Source of the DNA: Oikopleura dioica | Lineage: Eukaryota > Animalia > Chordata | Assembly (NCBI GenBank): GCA_907165135.1 | Contig: OU015568.1 | Span: forward strand, 14,446,001 to 14,510,000 | Length of the DNA: 64,000 nt | Direction of reading: 5' to 3' | Part shown: positions 14,059 to 27,796 of the stretch, piece by piece | How the letters are laid out: each line of letters begins with the position of its first letter | Position numbering within the stretch: position 1 is the first letter of the stretch | Notes under the pieces: generated by a model | What the model was told of the DNA's origin: nothing | Seen by the model: the letters and a program-made list of their open reading frames with translations, nothing else | Database searches by the model: none | Position numbers and translations under genes: made by a program

Positions 14059-17000
14059 ATGTCGGGAATAAAGCCCCCATCGAAAATTAGGCCACCGAAA
14101 GTCGCCGTCGGTGTGAGAGTAATAGCGGGCGGCAAGCCTGGAATTGTTGCGTTCATTGGAGAGACGGAATTTGCGTCGGGAGTTTGGGCAGGAGTTGTGC
14201 TTGATGAACCCATTGGTAAGTTACTTATTTATCAATATTTTTACGATCAATATTTTTACAGCAATCCAACAATGAATAATATTGAAAGTGAATAAAAATC
14301 ATTATTCAAGGCAAAAATGATGGCTCGATCAAAGGCAAGCGCTACTTCCAAACGAGCGAAAACCGCGGAATCTTTATCCGTCCAGAAAAACTCGAAATGG
14401 ACAAGTCTCGAACAGCCACGCCAACCACTCCCGCCACCCCTTCTCCAAAGCTCAAGCCGCGGGTCTCCGCCGAATCTCCATCAGAAGCAGAAGCGCTGAA
14501 AGTCGGCGATCTTATTTTATACAGCGGAAAGTCCGGTACTGTCCGTTTCATGGGCAGAACCGAATTCAAAGAAGGCATTTGGGTTGGAATCGAGCTCAAC
14601 GAACCAAGCGGCAAAAATGACGGAAGCGTGCAAGGAGTGAGCTACTTTAAATGCCCTCCGAAATTTGGACTTTTTGCTCCTCCCCACAAAGTAACAAAGC
14701 TAAAGGGTGGTCGAGCAAAAGGACCAGGATCTGTGGCAAACCGATCTGTAAGAGGTAAGAATCTATTTTTTTATTGGTTATGGGATTAGAATAGACTAAC
14801 TCAACATTTTCTACTAAAGCTCGATCTCCTGCAGGGTCAGTATCCTCCTTCGGCTCCGTCGCTTCAACCAACTCCGTGGCTATGGCTCGATCGGAAGCAG
14901 CTTACGAAGAGAGAATGAGGGCCAGAGCTCTACAGTGCAATTCCAAGGAGTTCAAAGCGATCATGGACGAAAAAGAGAAACAAGTTGCGAGCATGCTTCA
15001 GGAGCGGGAATTGGACAGAGATGAAATTGTCAAGATCTCCGGACAAGTTTTAGGTACAGCATTATGTTTTCTTTATTGATTTGAACGAAAAGAACTTTTG
15101 TTTCATACAGCAAGGACGTATGTAGACGTCTCCTTCAATTTTGGATCATTTTGTTGAATATAAGTTTTATTTAACCTTGATTTTTTATATTACATGCGGC
15201 ATGCCACTTTTAAAAGGCCAGGAAAGGGCGCCACCTATAAAAATCCCGAGACATTTCTATCGATGCGGGATGTTGATAAAACCTTATTTTTCTACTTTAA
15301 CTATCAAGAGAGATCCTTGACTTAATTTTCAGATCTTACAAATCAGCTGGAAGCCACCCGCGCAGAGCTTGAATCGACTCGCCAACAGCTTGTTGAATCC
15401 GAATCGAAGCGAAAAAGCACATCGAAAACGGATGATGACGATCTGGAAGACTTTGGCGATGATGCTGAAGGCGGAAATGAGATGCTTCTCGGAGAAATAG
15501 AAGACCTGAAGCAGCAGCTTCAGGATCTTGAAGAAGAGCGAGAGTTCTCGAAGCACGAATGGGAGGGAATCCTAGCGGCAGAGCAGGAGAAGAATGAGAA
15601 ACTTCAAAAGCAACTGGCGGAAAATTCAAACAGTAGTCAGGTACAGCCACATTAATAATGTGACATTTTTCATCCATTTGAGGACTCTTTTGATGCTATT
15701 TCGGGTCGTGAAAAGCCTTAAAAATCATATGCCCTCTAATCAGGATATTTTTAAGGCTGGTCTTGACGACATTAAATCCCTCTGCGAAGAGCTCAAAGCC
15801 AAACTTGAAGTGAAAACAAAAGCAGTGGAACAACTCGAAGCCGAGCTTGATGAAGAAAAAGAGCTTCGACAAACAACAGAGTTGGAGAAAGAAGAGTTCG
15901 TCGTGAAAATCCAAGAGCTTGACAGCAACATAGAGGATTTGAAGGGCAAGATTCAAAGCTCTGCAGAAGGCCAGAGCGAAGAAGTCACGCAAACACTCGC
16001 TCAACTGTAAGTACCTCCCGCGTTTCTTTTTCTATAGAGTTGGAACTTTTTAAACTAACATTTCGGTTCTTTCACCAAATCAGGTACTGGCATGTTTGTC
16101 TGATTCAAAAGTTACCTCGTTCGTAAAAAGTGCCATATTTTGTCTTCTGTTCCATTTCCAACCTATTTCGCCTTGAGAACAACTTAGTAAAGCCTCAATT
16201 TTAGCGATGAAAAGAAAGAACAAGTTGAAGATCTCGAGTTTCAACTTGAAGAGGCAAAGTTATCCGTCAAAACTCTTTCGACCCAGATAACCGATGCAAC
16301 ACAGCGATACGAGTCTGAGAAGCTCACTCTGTCCGAGGAGCTCTCAAAGGCGAAAAATGAACTGGACGAGAGCAAAAAGACTGCGGCCGATTTGGCAACA
16401 AGGCTGGAGAAAATGGTGGATGAGTGTGGAGCGCTCCAGTCGGCGAAAGAAGAACTGGGCAAGAAAAGCGAGGAATCCGCGGGCCAGATTCAAGGAGAGC
16501 TCAAACTTGCGAAGGAAAAAGCGGAAAATGCGGAGCGACAGCTGGAGCTTGCACATGAGCAGATTTCCACGCTGAGGGAAGAGAATGAAGCTTCCAAAGA
16601 TGAGGCCGCTCGATTGGAGGGAGAAAAGAATGCGACGGAGAAACAATTCTGTAAGAGCAATTCTTCCAATTTCAACTTATTGTCGATTCAGCCGAGTTCA
16701 AAAATTCAACCTCCGAGGCAGAGAAAACATCGAAAACTGCCCTTGAGAACATCCAAAAAGAGCTCGCCGAGATCGTCTCTCAAAACGAAGTGCTTGCATG
16801 GTATGTAGTTTACAACCCATCATATGGTACGTTCACCTTCATTTTTTATGTCGGTGTCCTGGTGCTGGGTGTTTTTTAATCAAAAGCGAACTCGTTTTTC
16901 AGTGACCTTGCTGCTGAAAAGAAACGCGCAGCGGAAATTGAAGCTCTAGGAAACTCCAGTGCCAGTTCTCTCGCTGAAGAAAAAGCTGCTCTAACGAAGT

Positions 17001-20000
17001 CCTTGTCTGAAAGTGAAACGAAGCTGAACGAGTTAATCAGCTCTTTTGACATCATCTCGTCTGAAAATAATGAAAAATCAACAGAAATACAGTCATTATC
17101 AGGCATGCCAGTTCATTCGCGTTCCACTTTGTTTACAATCATTTTAGAGAAAATCGGCAAACTTGAGTCAGAAAGATCCGAGCTTCAGCAGAAATTTGAG
17201 TCTGTTGAGAAGGATCTTGAAGAGGCGAAAAAGTCCATTGTGAATAGATCTGCCGAGCTAGAAAAGGTCACAAATGATCATTTGGGCGCTGAAAAACAGC
17301 TTGCTGAGCTTCGAGAGTCCTCAGAATCGGCGCAAAGAGAAAAGGACGAGTCTATCAAAAATCTGACAGAAGAGCTTGAAAAACACTCAGGTTCTCTGCA
17401 GCAATTGTCATCACAAAATGAAGCTCTTACAGAAGAGCTCAAGAAAAGAGATGATGAAATTTCTGAGCGCGACTCGAAGATCTCTTCTCTTGAATGCACC
17501 TTGTCCGAGAAAACCTCCGAGATTCAAACTGCGCTTGACAGAGCCAAGGAGTGGGAAAGCCAACTCAACGATATCAAGGAATCATCATCGAAATCGTCCA
17601 CCGAACTAGAAGTTCAAGTTCAAAGTCTCTCCGAGGAGCTCCGACAAAGATCAAACGATCTGGAGAAGAAGACTAACGAAGTTTCGTCCCTCTCCGAAGA
17701 AATCGAAAAAGAGCGTGTGCTTTTGAAAGAGTCAGAAGGGAACGCGATCGAAATGGCGAAATCTCTCAATGAAAAGACCCAACAAGCGATTATTGCCGAA
17801 GAAAGCTGCAAAAAACTCGAAGCTGAGATAATTTCACTAAAGGAGCTTTCCGAAAAATCTTCGGCTGATGCTTCCGAAGAAATGAAGACTCTTGTAGAGA
17901 AATTGAAGCAAGCCGAAGACAAAGCCGAAAATGCCGAAAAAGAGCTCTCTTCTATGTCTTCAAAGTACCAAACTGCTTCAAAAGATCTCGAGGAAAAATC
18001 GTCCTTGCTATCAACAACTGAAGTTGATAAAGAACAATTGTCGACTGAGCTTGAAACTGTTCGAAAAGAGCTTGAAGCATTGAAAACCGAACTATCCAGC
18101 GCTACTGGTTCTTCGGAAGAAAAACATAAGGAGCTGGAGAAACTGAGAACGGAGTTGAGCGAACAAACAGAGAAATTTGCCGCCCTTGAAGCCGATCATC
18201 AGAAAATGGTCGCTGAGAAAGCAAGCAATGAGAAACTGTTGGAAGAAAAACAATCCGAGCTTCTTTCTGAAACTGAAAAACTCACTACTGCGAATCAAGA
18301 GCTCGATGTTTCTTCGGACAAAATCGTTTCTCTTGAGAAACAACTGTCAGAGCTCAAAGAAATGTCTTCAAAATCATCTGGTGAGCTTGAAGCAAAAACC
18401 GCAGAACTTCTGTCTCAAATTGCGACTCTGACCTCGGAAAAGCAAGAAGAGGCTTCAAAACGCGCGGAGCTTGAGGAACAGCTGAAATCGACGCAAGTTG
18501 AAATCAGCGAAGGATCTGAAATCATGGCGGCTTCTGTGAAAGAAATCGAAATGTTGAAGGAAAAGACTGAAGCTCTCAATCGCGAGCTCGCCGATGCAAA
18601 AGCTGAAAATGTCGAAAAAGACAGTCAGCACAAAGAAGCATCCGAAACGATTTATAATTTGTCAAAGGAACTCAGTGATCTTCAGGAACGGGTCTCGAAA
18701 TTTATTTTATGCAGAAATTAAAAGAAACTAAAAGGAGGAATATTTTTTGTGGTGGACTTTCACTTCAAAGGCGAATCGTACTGCTTTTGGCGAGTGAGAA
18801 AGCGGGGACTCAGAATCGTAAAAGACCAGGGGAATTTCGTCGGATTTCTTTTCGCGTTGCATTTTGAGTTTTTTATTCGCTTTCATGACTCGCGGACTTG
18901 ATCTCGGGCTGGTCTTGTTGATCAGGAGCTTCTTATCGTCTTGCATAAGCTTGTTGGTCATCATATTTTTGAACTTTAACATTTTTGAGTTTTTGGTTTT
19001 GCTTTTTTTTGTGGTCGATTTTCAATCTGAATGAGGAAGCCCTGCACCTTCTCCTTTAATACTTGCGAGTTGCGTAAAATTTCCTATAAAAATAATGTGG
19101 ATCTTAGCAACAAACTGAAGGTCGTTGGAAATTTGATGAGTCGCACATTAAAACTCATGCGGTCGAAGTAAAATCATAATTGACGCCAGGCAATATCATG
19201 GAAATGGTTTGTTTGATCAAGTCACGATTCCAAGCACCTTTACTCATAGGATGTTTCTAGGAGTCATTTTCCAAAATAATTGTTGATAATTAAAGATTCT
19301 CATCTGGGGAATATTGTGGAGACCCAAAAAAGGTAAAGTTCGGCGAAGAAACCAACGAAACGAATAAGCTCCTATCGAAGGAGAAAAACAAAGCCTTGGA
19401 GGATCTCAATTCGAAAATCGAAGAGATCAAGTCCAAGGACGACGAAATCGCTTCATTGAAACAATCAAACGAGCAGATTTCAAAAGAAAACGCCGAAAAA
19501 GTCAGCCAATATGGAAAAAACATCTCTGAACTATCCAGCCAAATCGAACAGCTGGAAAGATTCCTCATTGAAAAGGACAAGGAGATCGAAACGCTAAGAA
19601 GTTCGCAGAGCAGTAAATCGGCCGAGCTAGACGACATCCTTGTAGAAAAAAATAAGTGCATTACGGAAATGTCCGAAAAAATTGACGCCGAAATTCATTC
19701 AAAAGACCAAGCTATCAAAGCGCAAGAAAAAACTATGCAAAAATACGAAGACCTAAAAGCAACCCTATCAGACGAAAAGTCCAAGGCCGAGGCTGTCAAA
19801 GAGCTCAATCTCAAGATGGAGGAGGAAATTAAGGAGAAAAATGTCAAGCTTCAAGAGTTTACTGTCCAAATATCGTCATTACAAAATGAGATTTTGGAAA
19901 AAGAATCTGAGGTGCTAGAAGTTAACGAGAAACTCGGTAGGATGACCTTAGTGAACGCTTTTGAGTGATGAAATTCTTTCAGCGAAAAAGCGAAAGCGAG

Positions 20001-21262
20001 CTGATTTGGCAGACACTTTGGAGTTAGAGAATCAGACGCTTCAAATGCGTATTTCAGAGCTTGAAAAAAGCCCGATATCAAACGGAGTCGTTAGCATCAC
20101 AAATGTCAACGGATCTGGAGACGGTAAATTTTCAAAAAAAACCATTTGCGATAATTCTCATATTTTGACTTTTCAGATAATTCAGCCGTGCAAACTGAAT
20201 TCTTGAACTCAATCATTGCAGGAATTGGATTAGATTCTCTCTTCCTAGCCGCTCATTTCAAATTAATTGAGCATTAGTGGGAGCATGACGACTTTTGGGA
20301 AAGTTTTGTCATCTAGTCGAAAACGAATACTGATCCAAGTGTTTTATTAATGCAAAACAGCGTTCTAATCCACTCAGGGCAACAAAAAGACATCTCTAAG
20401 CTTCACGAGCGAATTCAAGAGCTCGAAGCGATGTTGGTGGATGATCCTGCGCCCTCCCCTCCTCCAGGTACTCTCATCATTCCAATCCCGGTTATGCTCT
20501 TTTGGCTTATTGTATTGCTGCTTTTCATAGCCGGAATACGGGTGACTCCGCGCTGCTCTTGAGTCTTGCGTGTCTTTCTTTTCTTTCCTCTTTCACTTCC
20601 TTCTTTCCTTTCTCTTCATTTCTTCTCTCAGGCAATCAGCTCATGCCCAATCTTCCCATGGGTATTGGTGGCAATCATAGAGACCTCGATCCTGAGGCAG
20701 GTTTGACAAGATAGAAATATTCAAAATTATGGAAGAAATTTTTCAAACCTCGAATCAGGAGCCATTCGAAACTCTTTATATGAATCGGCAAGGTGGTCGA
20801 ATTCAAATGTATTACGAGACGACCGAAAATCTATGGGATGAAGACACTTTTTAAACAAACACCTAGAGCCTTAAGTTTACCTCTCTATCTTTCCTATCTC
20901 TATCTATTTCCTTCTTTTCTTTCTATCTCTTTTCTACCTGACTATCCCTTCTTTCTTGACAATCTTTTTATCCTTCTTTAGCCAACCGACCCGTTTACCC
21001 AGCCTTAATTTCACTCTAGGACACGATTCGACCCTATTCTTTGACACCACCGTATCCTCTCTGACAAAGAAACCTACAAGATCGTACTGCGATATTTGTG
21101 AGGAATTTGACAAGCACGAAACAGAGGACTGCCCAACCCAGGTGCGCTACTCGCTCTCTTCGTTGATTCCAACCATAACTTCTCTAGAACGACGCTGGAG
21201 ATAACTACACCGTCAAAAACACAGCCCCTGCTTGGGACGATGACGATGATGAAACTTTCTAG
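14059..21262 (+). CDS. CLIP1: CAP-Gly domain-containing linker protein (CLIP-170/restin)
   Basis: Two CAP-Gly domains ([24 protein letters not shown]; [24 protein letters not shown]), long coiled coil, zinc knuckle [17 protein letters not shown]-terminal DDETF*. Confidence 0.92.
18728..18982 (-). CDS. Candidate nested antisense gene in a CLIP1 intron (84 aa, basic)
   Basis: ATG-initiated ORF inside intron ~18692-19338; TATTAAA ~70 nt upstream and AATAAA ~20 nt after the stop on the minus strand. Confidence 0.4.
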   Translation of the reverse strand: MLKFKNMMTNKLMQDDKKLLINKTSPRSSPRVMKANKKLKMQREKKSDEIPLVFYDSESPLSHSPKAVRFAFEVKVHHKKYSSF

Positions 21263-21582
21263 AGCCAATTCAACTTCACCAAAGACCTCTTCACGATAAA
21301 AGTTCACCAAGCATTATCAAAACTACGACCAACTTACAACACTGACCTTTTTCTGTACTATTCATTTTTAAGTTTCAAATGTTCTTCACCTAAAACTATT
21401 CATTTACATTTACTTTTGCTGCATCCCAGTTCTTTAAACATGAGTTCAATTATATTCAAGATTCTTTCTTTAATTTTATTTCAAGCTTGCAAATGTAGTG
21501 GTTTTTGTGTGCAATACTGCCTGAAAATATACCCTTTGTATAATGAAAATTGCATGTTCTGAACAGAAATATAACTACTAGA

Positions 21583-22275
21583 ATGTCAGATCCCAAGCCT
21601 TTAAAAATGCTAATGATGCATGGATACCATCAGTCAGCAGCAAGTTATCGCGTAAAAGTAGGCGGCATTCGCAAAAAGATAAAGAAACGATGCGAATACA
21701 TTTGGTTTGACGCACCACATGCTGTCCCGGATTCTGAAGATTTCGGTTGGTGGTTCAGCCACCTTGGTAAATACGATGCGATCGCGTACACAGATTTTGA
21801 CGAAGGGTTTGATGCGAGTATTGAGTACATGGCCAAGGTCTTCAAAGAGCAGGGGCCGTTTGATGGAATTTTGTCTTTTTCACAAGGAGCTTGTCTCGCA
21901 GCGATTCTCTGCTGCTTGAAGGAAAAGGGAGACGAGCGATTCCAAGGCTTTGACTTTGCAATAATCGGTGCTGGGTACAAATCGAGACAATCTCAACACG
22001 CTAAATATTACGAAGTAATAAAAACTCATCTCGACAAATTCTAAAGCTCTCTCTTTTAGGACGTCAAGGTGACAATTCCAACTGTACATACAATCGGCGA
22101 AACTGACGGAGTCATCCCGCCAGAAATGAGCCACGATTTGCTCTCCATCTTTGATCCTGACAAAACTAAAGTTGCTACTCACGATAAGGGACATTTGATT
22201 CCAGCGGCAGCGGAGGCGAAAACTATTCTTATTGATTTCTTAGATGAGATGCTCAAGCAAAAAGCATCGAAATAA
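21583..22275 (+). CDS. OVCA2: OVCA2/FSH1-family serine hydrolase, copy B
   Basis: LKMLMMHGYHQSA, GPFDGILSFSQG, VHTIGETD, KGH; one short intron. Confidence 0.9.
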
Positions 22276-22324
22276 ACATCACTCACTTATTCTGAGTACG
22301 TTTTTCGAATTCATCTGATTTAGA

Positions 22325-23867
22325 ATGCTACGACTGCGAAAAGCAGCGATAGTTTGGAATCGGAAAAATAGAGAGCTTCCATATTTGCAAAAGAAAGATG
22401 TGAATTCTTTCGCGAGCGAGGAGGAGTTTCAGGATGCTACGGACATTGCGACTTTGAGAAAAGCGAAACCAGAGTTGTACCATTTTGAACAAGTCGTGCC
22501 TTACGGATCCAGAGTGCTGCCGAATGACAAGTTTAAATTCTTGGTCAATCCGGTCAAGTGGGAAAGTCACGAAGAATACTACAGGTAATCCATCTTTCAT
22601 CGAACCGAATGACAAGTTAATTCTAGAGCAGCGCTTGATGCAAGAGAAGAAGAACTCGAAAGCTACCATCCAGCTGACTGGGACTTTGATTATGACCACC
22701 GAATCACTTGGTTTGGCATGGAAAAGCTAGAGGAAGAAGGCGCTGCTGACAAACAGTCTTGGCAGATATTCCCAAAAAGCGAAGTTGAAAAAGTTAACAT
22801 TGGATTTTATCTTCCTGAACCCAATCCTGTCGAAGTTGAAGAGCCTTCCAAGGAGAAAAGAATCGCGATGAAAAAGGACATTCTTCTTGGGCAGCTAAAA
22901 GTCGACGAGGGAAAAATCAACTCGGCGTTTTTCGATAATTTTACTAATATGACGACGGAAAATCTAATCGGAGCTATCGATACGGCACAGGAACATTATA
23001 ACATTCTTCAGGTAGATTTTCTCAATAAAATGGCTTCTAATTTGAAAATAAGGATCAATTTGGAAATGGTCGATTTTGCTCCGTGGTTCCTTTTGAAGTT
23101 TCTTGGGGAAAGATGGTGAGCTTTTGGGGCAATGAAATCCCAGCTGAAGACATGAAGGAAGCACCAGAGTTCAAGCTCAAGCATGCTGAGGGATCTCTTT
23201 ACACTGTCGTTATTTCTTCGTTAGACAGGTAGAGTTAGTTTGTGTCTTGCTTCTCTGATGACGTTTCTTAGTAACTTTATCGAAAACGATGGTTCTACGC
23301 CAGAAATCCTTCACTACGCCGTTTCAAACGTCAATGAATCCACTTCTGGCGATGTTCTTTGCGATTACCTCCCTCCCATTCCGGCGAAAGGCTCTGGCTA
23401 CCATCGACTTGTGTGTACCGTTTACCATCATACAGAGAGATTAGAGATCCCAGCTATCGACGGATCATTAATTTCCAATCGTCAATTTTCTTCAGCGCAG
23501 TTTTTAAAAGATAACGAAGAAATTCTGACTCCTGCTGCTTTCCGCTTCTCACAAGGTAATTTTGAGCATCTGCTCAAAATATTGATGCTTATTTTTAGTT
23601 CAATGGGATTCAAGCGTGAGCGAAACCTTTTCAAAAATCCTCGAAATGCCGGAGCCAAAATTCGCTTACGAAGCGCGGGAGGAATTCCCACTTTCCAGGC
23701 CCGCAGGCTTACCCAGCGGTATCGAAATGCCCGTCATCAAATCTTGGTACCCGAAAGAGCCCAAATACCCGCGAAGAATGGAGAGACAACCTATTAAACC
23801 AAAACTGCGACAAATTAATTATTTATATGATCTGAATAACCATCACGGAATGTTTGATAATAAATAG
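22325..23867 (+). CDS. MRPL38: Mitochondrial ribosomal protein L38 (PEBP domain)
   Basis: PEBP-type LHYAVSNV...DYLPPIPAKGSGYHRLV...LTPAAFRFSQ; presequence-like N-terminus; 3' end approximate. Confidence 0.8.
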
Positions 23868-23964
23868 ATCTGAAATTCAAATTTCTAATTGTTCTACAGA
23901 GGCTGCGTTTCAGGGCTCTTTAAGAGGGAAAGTGTGTAAATCTCACGAGTCAATATTTACAGAT

Positions 23965-25876
23965 ATGAACGATGAGAAATCGGAGAGCGTGCAGCAGCAA
24001 AAGCAGCAGATAACTCAATTTTTTCGAAAAAGGAAATGGTCGCCTGAATTGATAGAGACGAAAAACCCTGCGTAGAAGAGAGCATGCAGGGCGCTTACAA
24101 TTCTGAAAGCGATGATGAGAGATGCCAGTTTCCGACATTTACGGAGGCAGTTAGGAAGCACGCGAATTGGGATGAGCTGAAGACGAAGAAGAATCATCAA
24201 TTCTTGTTTGACATCAATGCACCTCATTCTCTTCCTCCCTATCCTTTGATATTCAGTGATAAATGGGACTCCGATCATGTAAGAATGCCTTTCTCACCGA
24301 GCAATATTCTCAAAAAGAAAGGCGCAAGTTCATCTGGCCCAGGGTTTAAAACGCAAATAGTCGACGGAGTAAAGAGGCTTGTTGGATATGAAAAAGGTTC
24401 ACCCGAGCCCAAACCTGAGCCTGTTCAAAAAGGGCGATGGACAGAGGTGCTAGATGGAATTGGCAATCTGGAAGGATTTGACCGTGTTGCAATTTTTTCA
24501 GCGGATGATTTATTGAAAAATATTCAAAAGTATAATCCTCAAGTGAAAGATGTCACACTCCTCGAAAGCTATTTCCGACAAAACCCCGAAAAGAAGCCAA
24601 GATTTTTCAATAGGATTCTTCCTAAAATGCGCAAAATGGTTGCTAATGCCGACAAAGTGTTGACTCAAGCTCCTCAACTGCTGAAAAAACTCCATACTCA
24701 GGGAGAACGTACAATTTGGATGACTCAAGAGCAATGTGCTCATTTGCTTGTTCTTTCCTTTTTCTGTTGCTGGCCGAAGCGAAGTGGAAAAAGATCTGCT
24801 AGAAACAAAGAAGATGAATATGATCGTTTCAACGAGATCAACTTTACTCGCTTTTTTAGTCTACAACCGAGTCCATCTTGCTTCGCAAAGCTCGAGTGTA
24901 TCATTGAGTACTTCAATTCTGTGACAAAGGAGATGCCTAAAGGAGTGATCAGCTTCAAACGAACATATGAGGAACAAATTCCAAACTTGGACGACCCAGA
25001 CATAGAGTTTGCTGACGCTAAGTGGATGCCTTGCCATATTAAAGGAAAAGGGTTGATCGAAGATGAAGGAGATAAATTCATCCAAGCTGACTTCGCGAAC
25101 AAGTTTATCGGCGGTGGAACACTCGGCCGGGGCTGTGTTCAGGAAGAAATCAGGTTCATGATCTGTCCTGAACTCATCATCACTCAATTACTCTGCGAAG
25201 AAATGCAAAAAGAAGAGGCGATCATCGTCACTGGCGTCCAACGATTCTCAAACTACTCGGGCTACGCTGATTCCTTCAGATTCGAAGGCAGTTATAATGA
25301 TCCTCTTGCTGTAAGCTACAAACGAGATTGCTACGGACGAATTCCAACTGAAGTTTTTGCTATCGACGCTGTCAACTATGTGTATCCCTATCGCGGAGAC
25401 ACACCTCATGACCAGTTCTCTGCAACGAGCATCAAGAGAGACATTCTCAAAGCGTACTCGGCTTTCAAAGGCTGCACTCCAGCTACAATCGCTACAGGCA
25501 ACTGGGGATGTGGCGCCTTTGGAGGAGACCCGGAGCTCAAGGTAAATAACTATGAAAATTATATTTCCTTATATCCTTCAGTTTGTGATTCAAATGATTG
25601 CCGCTGCGTTTGCCCAGCGACCTCTATGGTACTTTTGCTTCGACGATCTTATGACTCGCAGTGATGCGAAACTATCATCAACGCTCGCGGAAATCAAGTG
25701 CAGCATTGAGAAGAAATCTATCCGTAAGAAATGACTAGGAATTCCTTCATCTACTTATCACCATTTCAGCTTATGTTTTCGAGCTTCTAACTGAGTTCGA
25801 ACCTGGACGAGAGAAGTTCTCCGAGTACCTGAAAAAGAACGATCCTGAGCCGACCCCAGGAACTGACTATGTTTAA
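23965..25876 (+). CDS. PARG: Poly(ADP-ribose) glycohydrolase, copy 1 (canonical motif)
   Basis: ADFANKFIGGGTLGRGCVQEEIRFMICPEL; IATGNWGCGAFGGD. Confidence 0.93.
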
Positions 25877-25982
25877 ATCTCTTTCATCGCACTGCCTTGA
25901 TTAACCGATTCTGATTCAATTCTTCTCTAATTTAACATGTATATTTAATAATTTTGCCGTCTCATAGTTTTGATTTCAGACA

Positions 25983-27796
25983 ATGAGTATCATCCCTTTC
26001 CCAACTTATTATGACGCCTGTCCCAAGACATCTGATTGGGAAAAGGTTCTTGAAACTGATCAAGTTCTTTTCGATGTAACTTCTGTTGGAAAAGATCGTA
26101 TTCTTCCATCAAAGAAGACTTTCAACGGAGAATACTCCAAGGATGACTTTGTCGACATGCCGTTCTCTGATCATTCTTATTGGCAAACCATCAAAACTAA
26201 AATTTGCGACGCGCAATTTGAGAACCTCTCCCAACTCGAAACTGCAATCACTTCTTACAATAAATCCGTCAGATCTCTCAAATGCCTCAATGCTTTTTTT
26301 CAAAACATTTCCCGACGAGCAGTCTTTTTTCTTCGAATCGCTTCTTCCGAAAATGCAGAAAATCGTGCGAAAGGCACCGAATATTCTCACCGAAGCGCCT
26401 TGTCTCCTCAAAACAGGGATGAACAAATCTATTTGGATGACGCAGGAGCAATGCGTTACTGCCTTGGTTCTGTCGTTTTTCTGTTGCTGGCCAGAAAGCT
26501 CAATTCGAATGTATAAAAGCCAAAACGCTACTTATAATCACATCAACTTCGATCACATTTTCCAATACTCCTCAAATTACCACGGGCAAATCTTCCCTCG
26601 TCTTCAGTGTTTCTTGCATTATTTTAAACGCGTTACGGACGAAATGCCAGTGGGAGTCATTTCTTTCAAGAGAATTTGCGCTTCTTCATTTCCTGACTTG
26701 AAGAATCCGAATATTAAATGGCAAGAAGTCTGTTTTGTGCCAGATGGATTAATTGAGGATAAAGGAACGGGCTGATTTCAAACCATAATATTTTGACTAT
26801 TGCACAATTTCTCAATTTTAGAAAATAAAACAAGCAGATGCATTTTCCCAAAATCGCCTAGCTTTTGATTATTTGCCGCAGATAATATCTGCTCTATCAG
26901 AATTTAAACTGACGAAAAAGCTCCTCTCAAGGGGCATCTTTTAGGCAAATTCCTCACACAATTTATATACTTTATCTAATGATATCTTTCTAGGCCCTAA
27001 TCAGTCCAAATCTAATCCGTAAAAAGGCCGAAACAACATCCAGCTTGATTTCGCCGATGAATTCATCGGCGGACTAACTCTTCGATGGGACACGCTTCAG
27101 GAAGAAATTCGCTTCTTGATCTCACCAGAACTGACTGTGGCGCAGCTTTTTTTCGAGAGAATGTCTGATTCAGAAGCGATCATCATTACCGGCTCCGAAC
27201 GCTTTTCAAGATATTCTGGTTACTCTCAATCGTTCCGTTTTCGCGGCAATTTTGTGGACACTCAGCCGAGAGATGGTTACGGAAGAAAAGGGACGCAGAT
27301 TCTCGCGATCGACGCTGTCAACTACGGATACGGCGATCACGGAAGATCTCAATTCGACGAAGAAAGCATTCGAAGGGATATTCTCAAAGCATTCATTGGA
27401 TTCAAAGGCTGCGTTCCAGCCACGATTGCGACTGGAAAATGGGGATGTGGTGCGTTTGGAGGAAATGTCCAGTTCAAAGTAAGCAAGCTCGTTTATTTTT
27501 TGCCTATTCATGACCAATTTTCTTCCAGTTCGCAATTCAATTAATTGCTGCCGCGCTAGCTTCCAGACCGCTGCAGTTCTTTTCTTTCGACAAAGAATGC
27601 TCATACGAAGATAATCCCCTCTCTTCGACGTTAGAATCTATCGCTAGAATGTTCAGAACATTGACAATCGGTAAAACAAAATTTCTAGTACAAGCCTTAA
27701 AATTTCTTCTCAGATGAAGCATACCAAGTCCTGCTTACGTTCAAGCCACGCGAGAATACATTTGCTGAACATTTGCAAAAATGTACGGAGATATAA
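25983..27796 (+). CDS. PARG: Poly(ADP-ribose) glycohydrolase, copy 2 (diverged motif)
   Basis: LDFADEFIGGLTLRWDTLQEEIRFLISPEL; IATGKWGCGAFGGN; includes a probable GC-AG intron at ~26771-27026. Confidence 0.88.

Noticed and set aside
15329-20081. Many Ser/Phe/Leu-rich minus-strand ORFs
   Set aside because: Shadows of the Glu/Lys-rich CLIP1 coiled-coil coding strand
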